Shown one piece after another: positions 57,471 to 64,000 of a stretch of 64,000 nt of DNA (position 1 is the first letter of the stretch; each line of letters opens with the position of its first letter). Location of the stretch: NCBI RefSeq assembly GCF_965197445.1, contig NZ_CBDANE010000004.1, positions 263,208 to 327,207 of the forward strand. The letters run 5' to 3'. Below the pieces are notes generated by a model, which searched no databases, was not told the origin of the DNA, and worked only from the letters and a program-made list of their open reading frames with translations. The stretch comes from Candidatus Palauibacter sp. GTDB lineage: Bacteria > Gemmatimonadota > Gemmatimonadetes > Palauibacterales > Palauibacteraceae. The position numbers and the translations under genes were made by a program.

Positions 57471-58604
57471 ATGATCGTCGGCGTACCGAAGGAGATAAAG
57501 ACGGATGAGAGCCGGGTAGCCCTCGTCCCGGCGGGCGTCACCGCGCTGGTCGCTTCCGGACACACGGTGTGTATCGAGCGAAACGCGGGAGTCCGCAGCG
57601 GCTTCCCGGACGAGGCCTACGTCGACGCGGGGGCCGAGGTCCTGGGCTCGGCGGGAGAGGTGTGGGAGCGGGCGGAGTTCATCGTCAAGGTCAAGGAGCC
57701 CATCGAGCCCGAGTATGACCGGATGCGGGCGGATCAGGTCATCTTCACCTACTTCCACTTCGCGGCGGATGAGCGGCTCACGCAACGCACGCTCGAGAGC
57801 GGCTGCACCGCCATCGCCTACGAGACGGTCCAGCTTCCGACGGGCGAGCTTCCGCTCCTCACGCCGATGTCGGAGGTGGCGGGGCGCATGGCCATCCAGG
57901 AAGCGGCCAAGTATCTGGAACGGACCGCCGGCGGATACGGCATCCTGCTCGGCGGCGTGCCCGGCATCCTCCCCGCCGAGGTCGTGATCCTCGGAGGAGG
58001 CGTTGTCGGCGCGAACGCCGCGACGATTGCCGCGGGGTTCGGCGCCCATGTGACCGTTCTCGATGTGAGTCTCCCGCGTCTTCGTTACCTCGCGGAAGTC
58101 ATGCCCGCCAACGTCGATACCCTGTACTCGAACCGTCACGCGATCCTCGAACAGATCGAACGCGCCGATGTCGTGATCGGTGCCGTCCTCGTCCCGGGCG
58201 GAAAAGCTCCGAAGCTCGTACGCCATGACGACTTGAAGCGGATGAAGGACGGCTCCGTGATCGTGGATGTCGCCGTGGATCAGGGGGGCTGCGTGGAATC
58301 GGCCCGCCCGACGACGCATAACGACCCCACGTACACGGTCCACGGCGTGATCCACTACTGTGTGACGAACATGCCGGGGGCCGTGCCCCGCACCTCCACG
58401 CTGGCCCTCGCGAACGCCACGTTCCCGTACGTCCTGAAGGTCGCGAACCAGGGTTGGAGGGCCGCGTGCCGCGCGGACCCGGACCTCGCGCTCGGGGTCA
58501 ACACCGCGGATGGGCGGGTCACCTACCGGGCGGTCGCCGAGGCGTTCGATCTGGAATACACGCCTCTGGACAACTGCCGGCCCGATCCCCGGAACTGGAC
58601 GTGA
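57471..58604 (+). CDS. ald: alanine dehydrogenase
   Basis: MIVGVPKEIKTDESRVALVPAGV...VILGGGVVGANAA (NAD-binding)...HYCVTNMPGAVPRTST. Confidence 0.92.
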   Translation: MIVGVPKEIKTDESRVALVPAGVTALVASGHTVCIERNAGVRSGFPDEAYVDAGAEVLGSAGEVWERAEFIVKVKEPIEPEYDRMRADQVIFTYFHFAADERLTQRTLESGCTAIAYETVQLPTGELPLLTPMSEVAGRMAIQEAAKYLERTAGGYGILLGGVPGILPAEVVILGGGVVGANAATIAAGFGAHVTVLDVSLPRLRYLAEVMPANVDTLYSNRHAILEQIERADVVIGAVLVPGGKAPKLVRHDDLKRMKDGSVIVDVAVDQGGCVESARPTTHNDPTYTVHGVIHYCVTNMPGAVPRTSTLALANATFPYVLKVANQGWRAACRADPDLALGVNTADGRVTYRAVAEAFDLEYTPLDNCRPDPRNWT

Positions 58605-58664
58605 ACCCTCCCCCCAAAACCGACTTTCCTGCGTCTGGAACCGCCTGTACATTGGTGCTTTGTA

Positions 58665-58679
58665 CGCCCCGGCGGGGCG
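58665..58679 (+). terminator. GC hairpin CGCCCCGgCGGGGCG followed by TT after ald
   Basis: Palindromic stem 60 nt after the ald stop, in the 164-nt spacer before mreB. Confidence 0.4.
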
Positions 58680-58768
58680 TTCCCGCTACGACCAGCCGCC
58701 CTGGAGGTCTCCCGCCTGTGTCCCGCAGCCGCGCCAGCTCGAACGCTCCCGGGAGATCGGGCCTCTAG

Positions 58769-59803
58769 ATGGCGAAGTGGTCGTTGCGCGGCAGTCTCCT
58801 GCCGATCAGCAAGATCGGGGTCGATCTGGGGACTGCGAATACACTGGTACACGTTGAGGGCGAAGGCATCGTGCTCAATGAACCCTCGGTCGTCGCCGTG
58901 CGGAAGGAGAGCGGGCGCATCGAGGGAATCGGTCTCGCCGCCAAGCGGATGCTCGGTCGTACTCCGAGCGGGATTGAAGCCGTCCGCCCGCTGAAAGATG
59001 GCGTCATCGCCGATGTGGACATCACCGAGATGATGATCCGCTATTTCCTCAAGGAAGTGATGACCTCGCGGTTCTTCAAGATCAGGCCACTCGTGGTGGT
59101 GGGAGTGCCCTCCGGCATCACGGAACTTGAACGCCGCGCTGTCCGGTCGAGTGCTCATGCGGCCGGCGCCAAGGAAGTCTACATGGTGGCGGAGCCGATG
59201 GCGGCCGCCGTAGGCGTCGGACTTCCCGTGGAGACCCCGACGGGCAATATGATCATCGACGTTGGAGGCGGGACGAGCGAGATCGCGGTCATTGCGCTTT
59301 CGGGATCCGTCGCCGACACCTCGATTCGGGTCGGGGGGGATGAGCTGGACTCGACGATCGTTTCCTTTCTCCGAAAGAACTACAACCTCCTCATCGGCGA
59401 ACCGACGGCGGAAGCCGTCAAGATCCAGATCGGATCCGCCTATCCCACCGACGAGGACAAGGAGATGCTGGTCAAGGGCCGGGATCTCGTATCCGGGATT
59501 CCGAAGACGGTCCGAGTGCACTCCGCGGAGATTCGGGAATGCCTGCAGGAACCGATCCAGCAGATCGTAGCCGCGGTGCGGCGGGCGCTCGAGATCACGC
59601 CGCCGGAACTTGCATCGGATATCGTGGACCGTGGCGTCGTGATGACAGGGGGAGGAGCCCTGGTGCGGGGATTGGACACGTTGCTCGGGGAAGAGACGGG
59701 ACTCCCGATCCATGTCGACGAAGAGCCTCTCACGTGTGTGGTCCGGGGGTGCGGGAAGATCCTCGAGCAGTTCGGGCGATACCGTGGGGTCCTCACCAGC
59801 TGA
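58769..59803 (+). CDS. mreB: rod shape-determining protein MreB
   Basis: IGVDLGTANTLV...actin-fold motifs DVGGGTSEIAV...VMTGGGALVRGLD. Confidence 0.95.
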   Translation: MAKWSLRGSLLPISKIGVDLGTANTLVHVEGEGIVLNEPSVVAVRKESGRIEGIGLAAKRMLGRTPSGIEAVRPLKDGVIADVDITEMMIRYFLKEVMTSRFFKIRPLVVVGVPSGITELERRAVRSSAHAAGAKEVYMVAEPMAAAVGVGLPVETPTGNMIIDVGGGTSEIAVIALSGSVADTSIRVGGDELDSTIVSFLRKNYNLLIGEPTAEAVKIQIGSAYPTDEDKEMLVKGRDLVSGIPKTVRVHSAEIRECLQEPIQQIVAAVRRALEITPPELASDIVDRGVVMTGGGALVRGLDTLLGEETGLPIHVDEEPLTCVVRGCGKILEQFGRYRGVLTS

Positions 59804-59845
59804 CAGCCCAATGGCGGCAATTCCGTTGTCCCTGAGCATGCGGTC

Positions 59846-60718
59846 GTGACCTATCCGGGTGTCCAGCCGCCGGGCCGGGGCACGCTCGAACTCACGACCC
59901 TCCTGCTTGTCCTCATACTGGGTGGGATCGCCGCCAGCCTGTCGCGCGAGCGCCAGAGTCAGATCGAGTCCGCGGTTCGCGCCACCGTCCTCTATCCCTT
60001 TCTCGCCCTCCACCGCGCGGCGGCCGAGCGGGGGCAGATCGAGCGCCACAACCGGGAACTGCTGGTGGAGCGGGAATCGCTGACGGAGCTGGTGATGCGA
60101 ACCCGCGCTCAGGCGGCTCGGGCAGTTGGACTGAGGGCGGCCGAAGTGCTCCCGCCCCTGCTGGTGGGATCCGCGACGCCCGCCGTCGTGTATCCCGGCC
60201 GCCCCTACGTTGGAAACCCGGACGTGTTCATGCTGGACGGACCCGATTTCTCCGGTCGCGAGTTCCCGATCGGCGTATTCACGGGCACCGGGCTGGTGGG
60301 CGTCGCCAGGGCGCCTCACGGGAGAGGGGCCAGCGGAGAGTTCTGGAGTCACGCGGACTTTCGGGTCACCGTAATGGCCGAAGACGGGGGCACATCGGGG
60401 TTCGTCCGGTCGATACGGGCCGAGAGCCGTCAACCGGTGCTGCTGCTCGAGGGTGCGCCCTTCCAGGCCGACATCCCGGTCGGAACCCTGGTGGTGACGA
60501 CCGGGATCGGCGGCGTGTACCCGCCGGGCATCCCCGTGGGGTGGATACGGGAGCCTTCGACGCCCGAGGCGGGGTGGATGAAGCGGTACGTGGTGGAGCC
60601 CGCGGTTCGGCCGCCGGAGGTCCGAGACGTGTTCGTATGGGAGCGCCCCGACCTGTCGGTCGGGGTCGAAGCCGACAGTGTGTCCGTCCCGGCGGACTCG
60701 GGCTCGGTCGGTCGATGA
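59846..60718 (+). CDS. mreC: rod shape-determining protein MreC
   Basis: N-terminal TM helix, coiled coil, then beta-rich domain (GTLVVTTGIGGVYPPGIPVG). Confidence 0.85.
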   Translation: MTYPGVQPPGRGTLELTTLLLVLILGGIAASLSRERQSQIESAVRATVLYPFLALHRAAAERGQIERHNRELLVERESLTELVMRTRAQAARAVGLRAAEVLPPLLVGSATPAVVYPGRPYVGNPDVFMLDGPDFSGREFPIGVFTGTGLVGVARAPHGRGASGEFWSHADFRVTVMAEDGGTSGFVRSIRAESRQPVLLLEGAPFQADIPVGTLVVTTGIGGVYPPGIPVGWIREPSTPEAGWMKRYVVEPAVRPPEVRDVFVWERPDLSVGVEADSVSVPADSGSVGR

Positions 60719-61176
60719 CCGCGGCCGGAAGATGGCTCGTTGTCGCGTTGCTGTTGCTCGCGCATTTTGCGCTGCACCCGCTGTGGAGTCGATGGCCGGT
60801 CGGGCTCGACCTGGTCGCCGGCGGGCTCTTCCTGGGCTCGCTGCTCCTGCCGTGGGGCCGGGCGGCGGCGTTCGGGGGCCTGATCGGGCTCCTGGAGGCC
60901 TCGATATCGCTCGGGCCTCTGGGCCCTGTGATTCTGCTGTTCTCTCTCGTCGGGTGCCTCGCGAGCTGGCTTCGCCATCTCATCTATTCGGACTCGAGCC
61001 GCTTCACGGCTATCTTTCTTTTTCTCGGGGTGTGGGTCCTTCGGATCGCCTTGACGGCTCTGGTCGGCGGGGAACTGTCGTTCGCTTCGGTGCTCGTATA
61101 CACTCCGGCGTCGGCCGCGCTGACGACGGCCGTCTGCTGGGTTGCGGAACGACTCGTGTCGGGCGTGGTCGCGTGA
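60715..61176 (+). CDS. mreD: rod shape-determining protein MreD
   Basis: 153 aa polytopic membrane protein directly after mreC with an ATGA overlap. Confidence 0.7.
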   Translation: MTAAGRWLVVALLLLAHFALHPLWSRWPVGLDLVAGGLFLGSLLLPWGRAAAFGGLIGLLEASISLGPLGPVILLFSLVGCLASWLRHLIYSDSSRFTAIFLFLGVWVLRIALTALVGGELSFASVLVYTPASAALTTAVCWVAERLVSGVVA

Positions 61177-61201
61177 CGGGCTGCCGGGGAGGGGAAACGC
61201 C

Positions 61202-63037
61202 GTGAAGAGTAACCAGGTGCATCGGCTGCACCGGAGACGGCGCGGGCGCGCGGCAGGGAGCGGGGTACTCATCCTCCTCGTGTTCGTCGCCGCGAGCTTC
61301 CTTCGACTACAGATCTTCAGCGGAGAGCAGTACGCCCTTCGCTCAAGCGAGAATCGCCTTCGGACCATCACGGTCCCGGCGCCGCGCGGGACGATCTACG
61401 ACCGCTACGGTCGCGCGATCGCGGACAATGTGCCGGGCTACGACGTGTCCCTCCTCTCCGGCCCGCCGGACTCGATTTCGGCCGGTCTGGAGCGCCTCGC
61501 GAGCCGCCTCGAGCTGTCGGCCGGGCGGCGTGAGGAGTTGCTGGCGCGGAACCGGGCGCGGCCGAACGAATCGCTGGTCGTGCGCGAAAACGCGAGCTTC
61601 GAACAGGTCGCGTTCATCGAGGAGCGGCGTCCGCAGTTTCGGCGGGTCGTGGTGGACCAGCGCCCGCGTCGGCGATATCCGGCGGGTCCCGCCGTGGCGC
61701 ACATGGTCGGGTATATAGGAGGAATCAGCGAAGAAGAGTTGGCGAGACCCGAATACGCGGGATATGAGACCGGTCAATCCCTCGGGAAGACTGGCCTCGA
61801 AGCGCAATACGAGAACCGCCTGGCCGGCAGTAACGGAATCCGATATGTGGAGGTGAACGCGCTGGGGACGATCGTGAGGGACCTCGGCGTCGGCCCGGGG
61901 CGAGCCTCGGTGCCGGGGGAAGACCTGCACCTGGGGATCGATCTCGACCTGCAGGCATTCGCTGACTCGACGTTCCCGGCAGGAATGCGCGGGGGGGTCG
62001 TGGCCCTGGATCCGGCCACGGGTGAAGTCATCGTCCTCTACAGTCATCCCACGTTCGATCCGAACGACTTCATAGGCGGCATTCCGCTCGATCTCTGGGA
62101 TGCGCTTCGCGAAGATCCCGACAAGCCGATGCTGAACCGGGTGTCCATGGCCTCGTACCCGCCCGGGTCGACCTGGAAGCTCGTCATGTCCGCGGTCGGC
62201 ATGAAGACCGCCGACCTCACCATCGACACCTATCACACGCACACCTGCGCGGGCGGACTCGCCTACCGGAACCGATACTTCCGCTGCTGGTCGGCGGGAC
62301 ACGGGCGTCTGGATCTGTCGGAAGCGATCATGCACTCCTGCAACGTCTGGTTCTATCAGGCGGGGCAGCGTATCGGGCTGGACCCGCTCCTCGAGGAGGT
62401 GGGCGAGTTCGGTTTCGACGGGCCATCGGGGATCGACCTCCCGTTCGAGATCGGCGGCCAGTTTCCCGAGTCGAGACAGTGGTACGATCAGCAGTACGGC
62501 CCCGGCGGCTGGTTCGAATCCGAGATCATGAACCTCTCGATCGGACAGGGAGCCAACGCGCAGAGTCCGCTGACCATGGCGCAGTTCTATGCCGCGTTGG
62601 CCACGGGCCGGGCACCCGTGCACCCGCACCTGGTGCGCGACGAGACCCTGGCGGAGCGGCGTGTGGACTGGCGACTCGACCTCCGGGAAGTCCAGCGGCA
62701 CCAGTTGGTCGACGCCCTCGTCCGGGTCGTGAACGAGCCGGGCGGCACCGCGTACGGCAGCCGTCTCTCACGCTGGACGCTGGCAGGGAAGACGGGAACG
62801 GCCCAGAACCCGCACGGCGAGCCGCATTCCTGGTTCGTAGGCTTCGCGCCTGCGTACGCACCGCGCATCGTGGTCGCGGCCATCGTGGAGCACGGCCATC
62901 CCGACAATACACCGTCGCTCGCCGTGCCTCTCGCATCCGGGATCGTGGACCGGCACCTGGCGACGATCGGCCTCCCGCCGGAAGCGACACCGGGCGTCCG
63001 CCCCGTGGAAGGGGCCCCGGCGGAAGGGGGCGGATGA
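61202..63037 (+). CDS. mrdA: penicillin-binding protein 2 (peptidoglycan D,D-transpeptidase MrdA)
   Basis: TM anchor, dimerisation domain, and transpeptidase motifs STWK (PPGSTWKLV), SCN (HSCNVWFY) and KTG (AGKTGTA). GTG start at 61202. Confidence 0.92.
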   Translation: MKSNQVHRLHRRRRGRAAGSGVLILLVFVAASFLRLQIFSGEQYALRSSENRLRTITVPAPRGTIYDRYGRAIADNVPGYDVSLLSGPPDSISAGLERLASRLELSAGRREELLARNRARPNESLVVRENASFEQVAFIEERRPQFRRVVVDQRPRRRYPAGPAVAHMVGYIGGISEEELARPEYAGYETGQSLGKTGLEAQYENRLAGSNGIRYVEVNALGTIVRDLGVGPGRASVPGEDLHLGIDLDLQAFADSTFPAGMRGGVVALDPATGEVIVLYSHPTFDPNDFIGGIPLDLWDALREDPDKPMLNRVSMASYPPGSTWKLVMSAVGMKTADLTIDTYHTHTCAGGLAYRNRYFRCWSAGHGRLDLSEAIMHSCNVWFYQAGQRIGLDPLLEEVGEFGFDGPSGIDLPFEIGGQFPESRQWYDQQYGPGGWFESEIMNLSIGQGANAQSPLTMAQFYAALATGRAPVHPHLVRDETLAERRVDWRLDLREVQRHQLVDALVRVVNEPGGTAYGSRLSRWTLAGKTGTAQNPHGEPHSWFVGFAPAYAPRIVVAAIVEHGHPDNTPSLAVPLASGIVDRHLATIGLPPEATPGVRPVEGAPAEGGG

Positions 63038-64000
63038 TCTCGTCTCGTCGGATCCCGGGTATCGGCGATCCCTCGCTCCTGGCGCTCGTGTTGATCCTGA
63101 CCGGTCTCGGGATCGCGATGATCTATTCGGCCGGACAGGTGGATGTGCGATCGCCCGCCACCGGAATCTGGCTGCGCCAACTCACCTGGTTCGGCGTGGC
63201 AATCGTCGCTCTGGCGGTGGCTTCTCGCTTCTCCCTGCGTTTTCTCGAGTGGCTGGCGCCCTGGTGCTACGGGGTTTCGATCCTCCTGCTCGTGCTTGCG
63301 CTGGCCATCGGCACGGGCCCGAACGGGAGCTGGCTCGAACTGGGACCGGGCCGGCTCCAGCCGGCCGAGGTCGCGAAGCTGGGTACAGTTCTCATGCTGG
63401 CCCGGGTGATGGGGGATGGGCCGGAGCGATATGAACGGTTATTCGATCTCTGGAAGCCCGCGGTGCTCGCCCTCATCCCCCTCGTGCTCGTGATCCGGCA
63501 GCCGGATCTGGGGAGCGCCATGATCTTCGCCGTCATCTTCATCGCCGCTCTGTTCTGGGGCGGGGTCCCGCTGTTCAGGATTTTCCTGATCGCGACGCCG
63601 GGCCTCAGCCTCCTGCTGGGGTTCAACTGGATCGTGTGGGGCCTGTGGTTCCTGGTGGTCGCGGCCTGTCTGTACGTACGTCGCCTCTTCATCATCGAAT
63701 CGGTGGGCGTACTCCTCGCGAACATCGCCGCCGGAGCCCTCACCCTGCGGATATGGGATTCGCTCGCCGACTATCAGCGGAACCGGCTCCTGGTGTTCCT
63801 CGATCCCGAGATCGATCCTCTCGGCGCGGGCTGGCACCTCATCCAGTCCAAGGTCTCCATCGGATCGGGGGGACTGTTCGGGGCCGGGTTCGCGAACGGA
63901 CCGCAGAAGCGGCTCGCCTTTCTGCCGGAGCAACACACCGACTTCATTTTCTCCGTGGTGGGGGAGGAGCTGGGCTTCGTCGGGGTCGCGGTGTTTCTCG
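63034..64000 (+). CDS. rodA: rod shape-determining protein RodA (SEDS family), 3'-truncated by the window end
   Basis: Polytopic FtsW/RodA/SpoVE family ([31 protein letters not shown]...QHTDFIF). ATGA overlap with mrdA. Confidence 0.9.
   Translation, partial: MISSRRIPGIGDPSLLALVLILTGLGIAMIYSAGQVDVRSPATGIWLRQLTWFGVAIVALAVASRFSLRFLEWLAPWCYGVSILLLVLALAIGTGPNGSWLELGPGRLQPAEVAKLGTVLMLARVMGDGPERYERLFDLWKPAVLALIPLVLVIRQPDLGSAMIFAVIFIAALFWGGVPLFRIFLIATPGLSLLLGFNWIVWGLWFLVVAACLYVRRLFIIESVGVLLANIAAGALTLRIWDSLADYQRNRLLVFLDPEIDPLGAGWHLIQSKVSIGSGGLFGAGFANGPQKRLAFLPEQHTDFIFSVVGEELGFVGVAVFL

Overview
This is a high-GC (~68-70%) bacterial chromosomal window with very strong GC3 codon bias. It is densely packed with conserved housekeeping genes, almost all on the + strand, and many adjacent genes overlap by 1-13 nt (ATGA/GTGA/TGATG junctions), suggesting translational coupling. 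I recognised the following blocks, in order: tkt (partial, minus strand), rsmE-HIT-mutS2, dnaG plus a DUF164 zinc-ribbon protein, rsmD-coaD-pta-like-STAS-(REC/RsbW-kinase/PP2C fusion)-ksgA, rex with its own Rex box, a DnaQ-like exonuclease, thiolase-CPBP protease-hbd-acd-glyA, two small compositionally atypical ORFs, nnr-thiL-plsC, eno-ftsB, tRNA-Met(CAT) followed by ~560 bp of non-coding-like DNA, thiI, uppS-cdsA-dxr-rseP, a minus-strand MBL hydrolase / sugar nucleotidyltransferase-like / manC-like trio, a lipoprotein, serS-sensor kinase-pcrA, a DUF948 gene, murA-pgeF, rimP-nusA-ylxQ-infB-DUF503-rbfA-truB-ribF, a secreted protein plus an ABC ATPase inserted before rpsO-pnp, an M16 peptidase, ald, and mreBCD-mrdA-rodA (partial). 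I found no transposases, integrases or CRISPR arrays. The long minus-strand ORFs in the six-frame track are shadow ORFs typical of high-GC DNA. The least ordinary items are an embedded partner-switching module whose kinase and phosphatase are fused to a receiver domain, the AT3-rich two-ORF islet between glyA and nnr, the tRNA-adjacent non-coding stretch, and the two-gene insertion inside the conserved truB-ribF-rpsO-pnp block.
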